A stretch of 64,000 nucleotides of DNA from Chiloscyllium plagiosum (lineage: Eukaryota): assembly GCF_004010195.1 (NCBI RefSeq), contig NC_057719.1, positions 66,274,066-66,338,065 of the forward strand, read 5' to 3'. A program made the translations under genes and the position numbers. This document shows, in pieces, positions 51,532 to 64,000 of the stretch. How positions within the stretch are numbered: the stretch's first letter is position 1; each line of letters starts with the position of its first letter. A model generated the notes under the pieces. That model did not search any database. It saw only the letters and a list, made by a program, of their open reading frames with translations, and was not told the origin of the DNA.

Positions 51532-53179
51532 AGAGAATCTTTAGAGTAAACCTCACCATGAGGGTCAGTGTGGAGATTAAAGATTTGCAGCACTTTGCAT
51601 GTCATTTCTATCATACTAATTTTTTTTCAGAATCAAGTTTGTATTTCCCTCTGTCAGGCTTCACATCAGCATGGAAACAGTTTACACTCTAACTTGGACC
51701 CTCCAATGTGACACAAATGGAGCGGCACAGCAGCACTAACAGTTGGGTCTTCTCCTCAGCCACCCGCTGCTCCATAGACCAAAGGGGATAAGTACAGAGC
51801 TTCCGTAATCCTTTGTAGGATGTGGGCTTTGATGGCAAGGTTACCTTTTAATAAGCTGGTGTGCTGTTAGGCCGGTATTCAGTGATGGTGAAGGAATAGT
51901 GATGTATTTCCAAGTCAGGACGGTGTATGAAGTGGATTGAAACTTGCAAGGGGCATTATTCTCATGCACCTGCTGCCCTGTACTTCCATGTGATAGAGCT
52001 GAGAGATTTGGAAGACACTATTGAAGTAGCCTTAGTGAGTTGCTGCAATGTATCTTGTGGCTGGGACGCACCGTGTACTGTCATGAAGAGATTGGGCCCA
52101 ATTCTCTTTCAGAACAGACTGCCTCTTTCTCTGTCTCTGTCTCTCTCTCTCTCTCCCCATCATCATCACCATTGTGGCATGCATGTTTCTAGTCATTTGT
52201 CATTTCAAGTGGAATAGTGTCCAGGCTTTGTTACATGCAGAGAAGGAATGGGTTGTTACTTGTACTGAATACTGTTCCATCAGCAGCAAATATTTGCACT
52301 CCTGACCTCATGACATGATGTGTTACCAGCTAATGTTACTAACTATAATAATTCTTAAACCTTAGTAATACTTCATTTTTCAGGTATTAACACTCAGGTA
52401 TTTTCTCTCATTCAATTTCGTATAGCTCTCTCAATTCTATTAAATTTTGTACTTCTATCAAAGCAGTTCGGATAGACATATCAGCCTTATTCTCTTTACC
52501 TTCGTTCATTTTAGATTAATCTTTGAAAATTGTATCCAAAAATGAATTCTCAAGGCATATTCCTTTTGTCATAAACTCTTTTCTCTCTTGCCTAATTCTG
52601 TGGGCCCAAGACCTAGTCCCTACAGAGTCAGGAAACAATCTGGGATGTTCTTTCTGCAACATATTTTAAAGTTGCTCCAACACCTTTGGTGAGGTCAATA
52701 TTCAACCTGCCAGATAATTTCCCACAATAAAATCAAGTACTACTGTGGGAATTTGTTTCACTATTCCTACTGCAACTTGGCCAATTACCAAATCACTCTT
52801 TTATTGAACTCTGTATAATGAGACTCATTTGTAACCTCACTGTTTGCCTTCAATTAATATTTTCTTTATCGCTCACTGCTGTGGAAGATAAATAGTATAC
52901 TCAGCCAGAAACAATGACTGATTTGCACCAGTGTCTCTCCTTGATTTGAGGTCTAAAGAAATGCCTCCTCTTTTGAGTCAAAATCCTCAGAACCTGCAGT
53001 CGATTCACTTTGTCAATATTCAGAAAAAAAACCATGATGATTGTCCTGCACCATCTCTCAGTTCTTAATACATTCTAAGGAATTATGTTCTCTTTGTACT
53101 ATTGCTCCAGTTTTAATACCTATTTCAAAGGTAGGTTAGCTAAGTTGGCTGGACAGCTCACTTGTAATACAAAGTAACA

Positions 53180-53515
53180 TGGGTGGATGGCATAGTGGCA
53201 CTTGGTGGGTGGGACAATGACACAGTGGTTAGCACTGCTGCCTCACAGCACCAGGGACCTGGGTTCAATTCCCACCTCAGGCACCTGTCTATGTGGAGTT
53301 TGCACATTCTCCCCATGTCTGCGTGGGTTTCCTCCAGGTGCTCCTGTTTCCTCCCACAGTCCAAAAATGTGCAGGTTAGGTGAATTGGCCATGCTAAATT
53401 GCTTGTAGTGTTAGGTGGAGGGGAATGGGTCTGGTTGGTTTGCTCTTCGGAGTGTCAGTGTGGACTTGTTGGGCCAAAGGGCCTGTTTCCACACTGTAAG
53501 TAATCTAATCTAAAA
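53180..53515 (+). mobile_element. HE1-type V-SINE inserted into an older tRNA-like SINE (~53133-53662)
   Basis: HE1 body; host head ggttagctaagttggc resumes with ggattcaattcc at 53531. Confidence 0.85.
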
Positions 53516-54799
53516 AAACCATCAACCACATGGATTCAATTCCTGTATCAGCTCAGGTCACCACTTTCTCAACCTCACCCCTCAGGTTAAGTTCAGGACC
53601 AGTCATCTGTCTCTAATGAGAGAACAATCCTATTGTCCTCTTGAAGTATGATGACTTTACCTATTTCTGTTTCCTTTCCTGATGCCCACTTTATGAAGAC
53701 TCCCTCACATTCCTATTACTGCCATCAGTCTTCCATTTAACTTCCAATAATTGGCTGTGCTACAATTACAATTACTATTAAGATTAGCATGGATTTGCAG
53801 ACAATCATTACTCCAGCAAAAAGTGAAGGAGCATACTGGGACCCTACAGCATTGTTGTTATAGCACACACCAAAGGAATTACCCCGAAAATAGAATTTTC
53901 TGCTGGGGGTAATTCCTCCAGATTTGTAACCCCCTAAAAGACTGCATTTAATTAAGAGACTTTTGATGTTTCTGACAAAATAAATTAGTTAACCAGGAAA
54001 AGTAAGACTATTAAATACATAGTCCAACTCCTGAGTAACTGTTCAGCAGACGCCATATCTACCTCGTAATCCCCAAAATACACCTCCCACAAAGGCTTGC
54101 AGATCTCAGACTCTGACCCGATACCCTCTGAGTCCAAAACTCCAGGGACAGCACCCCCACAGGGAACCAATACATCACGGACCCAATATTTCCAACCCTG
54201 GGGCACACAATCTGAGTAGCAACCCCACTGTCCCAGGACCCTAACATCACACTTACCTTATGGGAGTTACCTGTTGACAGTCGCGGGTCAAAGCAACTAT
54301 ATAAAAATTTTAAATTTTTAAAATATGACAGCTGAATGCTATGAAAGGAGGCATAGTTTGCTTGCCTTTGAGAGCTCCGCGCTAAGAGAAAACTATCAGA
54401 ACAAAAGTATCACCCCACATCTCTGGAAGAGCCCTGAGTAGAGTCTCCTCTTACAGAAGCAGAGCTCCCTTCTGTCGTGAAGAAACAGGTTAGGAGATTG
54501 CCACATGTTGGAAAATCCAGTCCACTATTTTTATTGAATTCAAACTTTAGCATCAGGCTTAGTGGAAATGAACCTGTGACTCTAGGAAATGAGCTTCATT
54601 CTGGATGACTAGTCCAGTGACATTATCATTATACCACTGCCTCAGTAACTACTTAGTTGACAGTAATAAGCAGCAAGTTTAATTGTCTACATTTCATCTG
54701 GTACTAGGAGTTTGTCTCGGGAACAGAATCAATGTTAAGGGCTCACAGGGCAATTTCCTATAAAATGCATAGCATGGCACTAACACCTGAACTGTATTT

Positions 54800-55128
54800 G
54801 TAAATGCAGGAAAGATGAAGGATATTCCAGATGACTAGGATGTCCAGAAAAAAAGAGTCATAGTTTAAGGTTACAAGTATGCTGTTTAGGACTGAGGTGG
54901 AGAGACTGGTGAGCCTATGGAATTCTCTGCCACAGGAAGCAGTAGAGGCTAAAACATTGAATGTTTTCAAGGAGATAGATATAGTTCTTAGGGTTAAAGG
55001 AAACGAAAGAAATGGGTGCAAGTGGGAATAGGGCACTAAGTTGGATGATCAGCCTGATCATACTGAATGGTGTAGCAGGTTCAATGGGCCAAATGGTCTA
55101 CTCCTGCTCCTATTTTCTATGTTTCAAA
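54800..55128 (+). mobile_element. Old CR1 3' fragment
   Basis: VSLWNSLPQEAVEAKTLNVFKE remnant. Confidence 0.75.
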
Positions 55129-56789
55129 TGTAACTTTGAGGTATGATAGACAGATGAAGCTGAGTCATGCCACTGAGATGGGGATTCTTCAAAGAGAGAA
55201 GACTAGACGGAGTTGCAAGTTTTGCTGGTCGGAGGAGTGTACTGAGCAATATGAGGGTTGGTACTGACCTTCCATCCTATTGAGGTCACTGAACCTCCAG
55301 TGTCACTGTATCCACGTGCAAGGTGCTGCACTGTTGCTGCTGACCTCCTGAGTCATTTCTAGCCACTTGTTGACTTCATAGGCTGAACCTTTTCTCTTTT
55401 GAAATAAAAAGTGTGTTTATTTGTGATGTTATATTCTTGGGGCAGCCATGATAAATACTAATTCACAAACTTCAAGTTCCCAATCCATGGCAACCGGGTC
55501 CAAATGTTAAAATTCTACCCAATATGTTAGAAGTACACAACTTTACATTTTGAGTCGTGCTATTCTGGATAATGCCAGAATTATTTAAGGTACCAATTAA
55601 AATATTAAAATAAGATTTCAATTCAGGCACAACTTACAAAGAAATGAGCAAAATCTCAGGCACTATCACTTTCAAAAAATGCTCTCTCCAAAATATGGCA
55701 CATGCTGAAGTCACTACTTCTGACTTAGACCAGTCAAAGCACTATCTATAGCTGTCAAAGTCATTCTGGCCTTTGGCGTTTATATCCTATTTCAGGAAAT
55801 CAGTTGATGAAGGACAGTACTGGAGGTAACAAAAACAGAAATTGCTGGAAAATCTCAGCAGGTCTGGCCGTATCTGTGGAGAGAAATCAGAGTTAACATT
55901 TCAGGTCAGATGATTCTTCTTCAGAACTGGAGATAATTTTATCCCTCCCAGTCTTATATTTAATGACAATGAAGTGTTCCATGCAAACATCTCCTAACTC
56001 AGCCACCTCTCGGTTTCAATAAGTGTCTCTTTATTTGAGCTCCAGTGATTTTTTTTATTATATAAAAGTGTTCAGATGTTATTACACCTCTGGAGAAAAT
56101 GGTTCAGGGACAAGAACACTATCATTGAACCACCCTTTAGCTTCAGTAAAATACCACTTCATGCCAATTACAACTAACATACATTTAAGCACAATTAATA
56201 TACACTTAACTAATGCATTTTTCTGTAAATTAGATTAGATTCAGTCCACTTACCTAAAAGTTAAGACAAATCAGATTTAAAAACAACTTCCATGCTCAAC
56301 ATTTCAAAGCACTGACTGCAAAACAATCAGATGGTTGAACATTTGTATCTACCCATTTAAGTGTTTTCCCTTTCTCTCCAGCATTTATTTCAGGCTCGGA
56401 AGTTTATTACTTAATTTCTTCTCATTCAAACATTTTGTAGAGTCTGCACTATACAATGAAAGATTACCTGCGTAATATTCAATAGGCATTTTATCTTCAA
56501 ATCATCATCTGTATTGAATCATATTTAAAATATTTAATAAATAGAACTCAATTTCCATTTCCATCACAACAAGTAGTGTTTGAGCAGCCAAAGCACTTTT
56601 AAAACTCCTTTTATTTACTTTAGTTTAGCAAGCTGTATTTGAAGACTCACAAGGAAGATGAGTATGTGAAGCATTGCTAAAATGATGAGTCTTTAATTAT
56701 TTGGGTCAGAAAATACTTTCATTCTGTTTTACCCCAGTAGACAAGGCCAAGCCTATATTTCATTTCCATTTACTTAGGAATTTAACCCT

Positions 56790-59700
56790 TGAAATTACTC
56801 CATAGAGGCCAATATCCCATCACCAAGTCATTTTTTTATTTACATGTGGAAATTCCATGACACTGACCCAGCTCCCTCAGAGCCAGCTCTCAGAATGAAC
56901 AAAACCTCTGACATCCTGTGCATATATATGTCAGCCAGGACTCCCTGATTGGGGCATTTTAAACTAGTCCAATCAGCGAATTCATATCCCATGAGGTCCA
57001 CCTGGCTGACCTCATTCCAATCACTACAACCCTCCCCCTCTGAGTCCAAGAACATAGACTGATCCTTTCTCTTGTAGCTCCTTCTTGGTCGTTTCAGCAC
57101 TGGGTCAGGTTTCTCTGACTCTGCGTCAGACATGGGCAGTGTGAAATATACACAGTGGCTCGCCTCTTGTATTCGGAGCATTTCAGCAGAAATTCATGCT
57201 CTTCTTCAGGTGGCAAAGGCATCAAGCCAGCCACATCTGTCATGTCCTTCTCAGACTCCAAGGTATCTTCAACACTTGAGACAGAGGGAGATCCTACGGG
57301 TTCCAGAACAGTCAGAAAGGCAGTTGAGTAACCAGGCACATTTTGCTCCTGCCATGTGTGTGGGTTTGCAGCTTTTATATGGTCCACATGCTTGTTCAGG
57401 ACCATCACACCTACCGAAACTGTGTCAATGGACCTCACCTTGTGTCAATCATCCCCGTTACCCATGCAGGGTCATTCCCATAGTTCCTACACCAACCTTG
57501 TCCCCTGAGTAAACAGTTTCTCTTGCTTAGCAGAGTCTTGTGTCTGGCATTGGTGTTCTTGATGCTGTTTTAGGAAAATCAGATTTAACCTGGTGTGGAG
57601 TCTTCTCTAATGAAGCCATTCCTGCAGTTGCATGAAGGGTGATCTTATAATCAAACAGGAACAGGGACAGTTTGGTACCTAGTAAAGATATAGGCTGTTT
57701 CTTTAAGCCTGCCTTTAAAGTTTGGATTGTTCTTTCTGTCAGACCATTGGAGATGGATTGCATGGAGCTGTCCTTATACCATTTGACTTTAGGAAGTACT
57801 AAAATGCCCTTGTGGTTAACGATGGTTCATTATCCATTTCCAACAGTTCTGGAAGTCTGTGTATTACAAAAGATGAGTAAAATTTACTAATTGTCATCCC
57901 CGTGTTTGACAAATGAATTCTTTTGCATATCCAACCACTTTGAATGGGCATCCACAATGGCCAAGAACATTCAGCCTATGAAAGGATCTACATAATCGAC
58001 ATGTAACTAAGTCGTGGGTTTACTTGACCATTCCCAAGAAGGTGGGGAAACTGCTAGTGGTAATTTTTGTCCTTGCTGGTACTCTGGGCACTGTCCCACC
58101 AACACAGCTATGTCAGCATCCAATCTGAGCCACCTGGCATAGCTTCTTGCCAACATCTTCATTATGGAAACCTCTGAATTACTCTGGTGAGGTTCAGCCA
58201 GTATCTGGCAGTGACCTTTGCTCGGGACAATCACTCTTGCTCCCCATAATAATATGTTCGAGGAGAAAGTGAGGACTGCAGATGCTGGAGATCAGAGCTG
58301 AAAATGTGTTGCTGGAAAAGCGCAGCAGGTCAGGCAGCATCCAAGGAACAGGAGAATCGACGTTTCGGGCATGATTCCTGAAGAAGGGCTTATGCCCGAA
58401 ACGTCGATTCTCCTGTTCCTTGGATGCTGCCTGACCTGCTGCGCTTTTCCAGCAACACATTTTCACCCCATAATAATATGCCAACCTCTACTGTGATCTG
58501 GTCTCTCCAGACACAAAAAAATTTCAATTCTGGTTGCAATGGTCTTTTGGTTTCTCCCACCACCACTTGTTTCAGTTTTGCCGGGACCAGATCTTTCCGC
58601 ATCTGGGCTGATATTGTCAGCTGTGACTGGAAGTGTGTCCAGAAACTTTAAAACCATTCCACACTCTTTCAGTGGCAGTACCACCAGTGGTGTATCTGTC
58701 AGCGTGAGGCAGCTCAAGCATCTGCATTTGCTACTTGGCCTCCCGGACGATGTTCCAATCTGTAAGTACATGCACTTAGTATTAGAGCCCACCGCTGAAT
58801 TTGGCCAGAAACAATGGATGGCACTGCCTTTCCTCTTTAAGTAGACCCTGCATGGGTTTGTGGTCTGTTATTATTACAAATTTACATCCATAAAGGTGTT
58901 GGTAGAACACCCTGACTCCTAATATGCCCACCAACCGCCCTTCTCTATCTGGGCATAGTTATGCTCTGCATTAGCCAAAGTCCTGGATGCAAACGCTGTA
59001 GGTGGTTCCTCTGCATTGGGTCACCTATGAACTAAGATTACCCCAAAGAAAAATGGGGAGGGCATCAGATGTGCCAGTGTACCATCACCTTAGAGGGGGA
59101 TAGCTGTTTCTTCACTTCCCTGAAAGTTATGGCTTGGCTATGCGACCATTTCCAAGGGTGAACCTTATTTTAGGAGTTGATGCAAAGGTGCCAGGATAGA
59201 GGCCAGGTTAGGCATGAGCTTGCTCTAATAATTCACCAGCCCAAGGAAAGATCGAAGATCCATTAAGGACATGAGAGCTGAGGCACCTTTGATCACCCTC
59301 TCTTCATCTTCCAGACTTAACATGGTCTTGTTAAGTCTGCAACACAAATAGGTCAGTTGGGGTACCTGCAACATATATTTTTACCTTCTTAGGCATACGC
59401 CTGCCCAGCAGAATGAGTAAGGACTAAGTTGTCGAAGTGCTTCTTATTACTTTTCCCTGTTATGACCACATCATCCAGATAAATGGCAATCTGGCATACA
59501 CCCTGTAAAATGCTCCCCATCATCTGCTGAAAAATTGCACAGGCTGAAGAATCCCACATGGCAGTCTCATATATTGGTAAAAACCCTTATGGGTATTAAT
59601 TGTCGTATACTTCCAGGAATCTTCATCTAATCACAACTGCAAGTACACATGGCTCATTTCCAGCTTTGTGAAGGACAGGCTTCCTGTCAGCTTTGCTGAT

Positions 59701-61445
59701 GATTCCTCTGAGATATTGGGTATTTATCCAACTGCAAGAAGCAGTTTATCTTTTGTTTAAATTCCCCAGAAAGGTGAACTAACCCATCGGGGCTTCACAG
59801 TCGGTACAACCAGTGTTGTCCATTTTGCAAATTGGACTGGTTTGATGATTCCTTTGCTTTCCATTTCTGATTTCTGCCTCTACTTTTGCCCGTAAGAGAA
59901 ATGACACTGGCTGGGTCTTGCAGAATTGTGGAATTGCTTCCTGGTTAACATGCAAAGGTATTCCTGGCTTCTTTGATAGTTCCTAGATCTTCCTGAAAAA
60001 TTTCTGGGTATTTAATTAGGACTTCTCTCAGGCAGCTATTTTCTCATTGAAAAATGTTGAGCCAATCAAGGTGAATCGTTCTCAATTAATTTTGCCTCAG
60101 CAAACTTGGGACCGAGCCTTTTACTACAATCAGTGTAAAGGTTCCCCGGTACAGGCTCTCAGTCTAGCTGAGTTCTTGCACAAACTTAAGGGTTGGAGTC
60201 CAGAGTGAATTTTGTTAAAGACTGAAACAGCCACACTAGTATCCATCTCCATTAGAACTGGGTGGCCATTTTCACCAGTTGTTTATTTTGATTGGTTCGG
60301 ATTTGGATCTTGCTAAACAATTGAACTGTTTCAAACCAGATGTAAATTGGAATTTCCAGGGTGTGCACTCTCCTACATACTGCCCTATGAGTTTTCTTCC
60401 TCAATTCAGGCCCAGCAGGACTCCTTTGCTGTCTCAAGTCCATATTCCAGCAGCAACTACAATGGCTTGCTCGCCCAGATCGTGAAGAAAATTATAACCA
60501 ATTGACCGCGGCTTGGCTTTGTCTTGGCTGACCTAGAGCCCCTCTGTTCAGGATACATCCTACATGAGGCTATGCAAGTTCAGTCAGAAGGGTGAGGGTG
60601 TCCATTTCCGTCAGAATACTCTGCAACTCATATTTTCCACTTGCCACCTATAGCCACATGTAGTGCCTTCGCAGCAAGGTTGAAGTCCAGTTGGGTTTTG
60701 GCTAGTAGGTGTTTCTGCATGGTTATGTCGTTAATCCCATATATCAAAGGGTCTCTCAGCATCTCATTAAAGGTTAACCCAAAGTCACATTCCTCTGCAA
60801 GTCTTCTTAACCTTGTCAAAAGTCCCAATATAGATTCCCCTAGCTTTTAAACTGCCAAGTAAAATGAATAGCATCTCAGAATTAGAGAAAGCTTGGGGTG
60901 ATAATACTCCTTAACTAAACCCTCAACTCTTGAAAGGTTTTAGTATCTGGTGCATGAGGGAAAGTTAAGCCCCTAGTAACTGAAAAACTTGCAGGTCCAT
61001 AAGCTGTCAGGAGGATTACTCATTGCTTTTCACCTGCCCCAATGTCATTTGCCCAGAAAAAAAACAAACATTCTTTCCACATACTAGGCCCAGACTTTGA
61101 TGGTGGGATCCAGCAAGTCAAACTTCCCAAATAACGGTATGATGCCAGAAATACTTACGCCAGCTCAAAGATGACTGCTTTGAGTGAAGTTTTTCAGGAC
61201 CCCATTTTTCTCTCATAGCCAATGAAATAACTCCCAGAGGCTGGTACCCTGTCATCACGTCACCCTTTATTTATGCACGGAAGCTCCTTGACACTGATCC
61301 AACTTTCTCAGAGCAAGCTCTCAGAGTAAACAGAATCTCTGATACCTCTGTTTTTAACTGTCAGTAAGAATTGGAGTTAACAGTTCCAATTAGGGAACTC
61401 ATATTCTGAGAGGTCCACCTGGCTGACCTTGTTACAATCACTACA
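56790..61445 (-). mobile_element. Degenerate full-length Gypsy/Ty3 LTR retrotransposon (Mag-like)
   Basis: Two related TG…CA LTRs (61223-61445, 56790-57028); PBS-like TGGCTATGAG next to the 5' LTR; PPT gagggggagggt at 57029-57040; gag LRRLAEECDFG…MLRD; RT IYLDDV; integrase ARSYARW…CPEYQ, SNGLTERTIQTLK. Confidence 0.92.
58257..58465. mobile_element. Fold-back Penelope terminal-repeat insertion inside Gypsy pol
   Basis: 74-bp perfect arms 58299-58372 / 58392-58465; 15-bp TSD CCCCATAATAATATG (58242-58256, 58466-58480) interrupting GILLWG|ARVIVP. Confidence 0.94.
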
Positions 61446-64000
61446 ATGCTGTCTACACATCCTTCTCATTCTTGCACTGGTAGCATGGTTCATACTCAAA
61501 CAATATCAGAATGTATTAATATTCCAAAAATGTCTTCTGGCTTTCTGCTTTTTCTCACAATGGCTATTAGGACTGTAGTCTTGTTTCTGAATTTATCTCC
61601 TCGTGTCATCAGCATTGTTCAGCACCTGCTTCCATGATTATTTTTCAAGAAACTAATTGTCTCCCTATTTTAGCATTCAACCTTCACTTTTTGGCAACTA
61701 ACAGCTGCTACCATGTTCTATTTTAGAAAGGCAATTGGTGGAGGATAGCAGTGGAGTCAATCCTTACTCGGTCTTACATTTACTAACAGAGTAGGACATT
61801 AATCCAAACCCCACTGTTTAAATAAGTCCCTCTTTATAGCCTTTTAAATAAACAATCACCTTGAACCAAATTAAAGAGAAACAGGCCCTTAAAAGGTGCA
61901 TAATCCTCATAACAGTGTTTTGAATAACTCATAATATTAGATCAAACAAACAAATCAACTGATTAAAGCTCCTTAAAATACTACACTAACACAAATCTAA
62001 ACTTCAATGCAAACTAAATCAAACCACTGTTTTGGAAATGATACACTCAAGCCCTGTGATTCACGGTGTCACAGTTTTACATGAACATTTTCAAGACAGC
62101 TGCAGGTCTCCCCTTAAATAAGGACAGTGATGCCAGAAGGTATAAGACCATCCGCATGAAACCTTGGAAATTATCTGGCTTTACAGTCACATGGTCACAA
62201 TATTTTCAATCAATCCATTCTCATGTACTGTGACAAGTGAATTCAAGTATTTTGTGACCCAAAGAATTAAAGACTCATAATTTTTAGTGATACTTCACTT
62301 ACTCATCTTCCTCGTGCAGATTCGAGTGCAGCTTGGTAAACTAAGAAAATAAATAAAAGGGTTTTAAATGTATTTCAATCTGCTCAAACACTGCTTCTTG
62401 TGAAAGAATTCTATTTGTCAAACATTTTAATATTTTAATCAACCAGTTCTGATGTGTGTTGTGACATTTTTGGGGAAGGTGAAACTTAGAACCTAGACTT
62501 TCTAGCTCACAGGTAGAGATACTACCACTGTCCCAATAGAGCCCAAAGTGCATATGCTCAAGTGAACACTCAGTTAATATCCCCTAACTGCAAGTAGTAA
62601 CAGTGGCACCTTCTACCAGACTGAGATAGGTGATATCAGAAATATTTCTCAGTTTGCAGTTCATTGATGTATCAGGGAGGCCATTGCCCAGGAAAAATCA
62701 GTAAAACTAGCAAATGAGACATGCTGACCTAACACCCGTTATCCTTCAAAATATGGACCAGTACGTCATTTCAAAATTTTACGGAAATGTTACTGTTTGT
62801 TTCCTCTGAGCGAGGCTCTCGATATCAGGAGGAATACTGACACCTTCGCATAGATGGATGGAGGTTTCAGGGAAGATGGTATCCCATAATTCCAAAGTAT
62901 CATAAATAACATTAACACTGCTTTGCCTGTTTGTCGTCATCAAGCTGTCTGTTGAATGCTCCATAACTTTATTATCATGAGGGGATCCAACCCTACCACC
63001 ACCTGAAAAGCTACAAATACAGCAGGAAAAGCAGCATGAACAGGAGGGAGAGCAGGAGTAACATTGACCATTGGTGCCCCTAGCTACCAGAGTTTCCAGA
63101 AAGCAACTCAACCAAGAATGCTTCACGTGACCCTTTTTTTGCCATTCTCAATGCACCAACACCCCTATCACCTTCCAGTCAATGTCTATTTGTTTCCCTT
63201 CATATCAGCCTTAAGGATCTTGCTTTCACAGTTTTAATCATCAAAACCACAAAAAATTTTGATTTTCAAAAGACTCCAATCCTGATATTTAATAGTTAAT
63301 AAAAATAATTCTGAACTGCCTTCGTACAAGCTTTTATTAATGTTAGCCTTTGGTAATTATTTACCCATCTCACTGCTCCCGTGGTGAATATCCCAGTGTC
63401 TGCAGCTGATGAGGTATAAGACTGTTACGTCTCTAGAGCAGACATACTGAATGGTTATAGTGGACAACTTCAAGCAACTGTGCTGCTGAGATGACAGCAC
63501 CTTGACAGACCAGGTCAATCTGGTCCAACTGACTGGAACAAGGGCAGCGGTGGAATCGGTGGTAAGCTACGTTTCGACACTTCTTACATGGTACATTTGT
63601 TGAGTATCAGTGAACATACTATATTTAAAACTTGTGGCTGTTTGTTGGTTTAATATTTCTATTACAGCTGTTGAGCTTTCAAAGTTTGGCCAGTCAATGA
63701 TATAACGGGGTGCTCCAAATGCTAAAAAACAGGAAACCATCCAACGGTGCCCTCTAGTGGAAATAACACAAACGGCTACCATTGAGTAGAAACAGTCAAA
63801 ACCTACATGTCATCTTTCAGGCTATGTCACACATTCTGCCTAAACTGCCTCCAATTTTAATGATGTCTTTCCAGGTGACATGCAGTTTCTGCTTTGAGTT
63901 CTTAAGTATCTGAGAGAATCACCTCTGCATACCTGAAAGTAATTACAAGTGAAAAAAATAATACCCGACAAATATGTAAAACACTGCTGCAACAGTTAAA

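Noticed and set aside
62779..63126. 115-aa Cys-rich ORF as a metallothionein-like protein
   Set aside because: The Cys/Ser run is the translation of a pyrimidine tract before an AG, and no family is recognisable.

Overview
Vertebrate genomic DNA, almost certainly from a shark or other elasmobranch (HE1-type V-SINEs, CR1 LINEs sharing the SINE 3' tail, Penelope-like elements), with four N gaps. The only host gene I can support is the 5' end of a ryanodine receptor, best matching RYR3, on the minus strand. Coding exon 1 is at 47434-47481 (MAEATEGEDEIQFLRT) and exon 2 at 3146-3265 ([40 protein letters not shown]), separated by an intron of about 44 kb. Neither exon appears in the ORF track. The promoter lies in a CpG-rich island with a TATAA/Inr pair at canonical spacing, and there is a MEF2 + M-CAT + E-box cluster in proximal intron 1. 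The rest is mostly decayed transposons: CR1, Penelope-like, Rex1/Babar, RTE-like, a pogo/Tigger-type MITE, SINEs and a degenerate two-LTR Gypsy element. I do not see a convincingly new biological system. The most notable structures are (i) several short fold-back Penelope insertions whose inversion points fall at a minimal hammerhead ribozyme motif, (ii) a 73-bp inverted templated copy that preserves the empty pre-insertion site of a nearby SINE, (iii) a five-level transposon nest, and (iv) a competing frame-shifting splice donor after exon 1. Repeat family names come from motif recognition, not database searches, and repeat boundaries are approximate unless a TSD is given.
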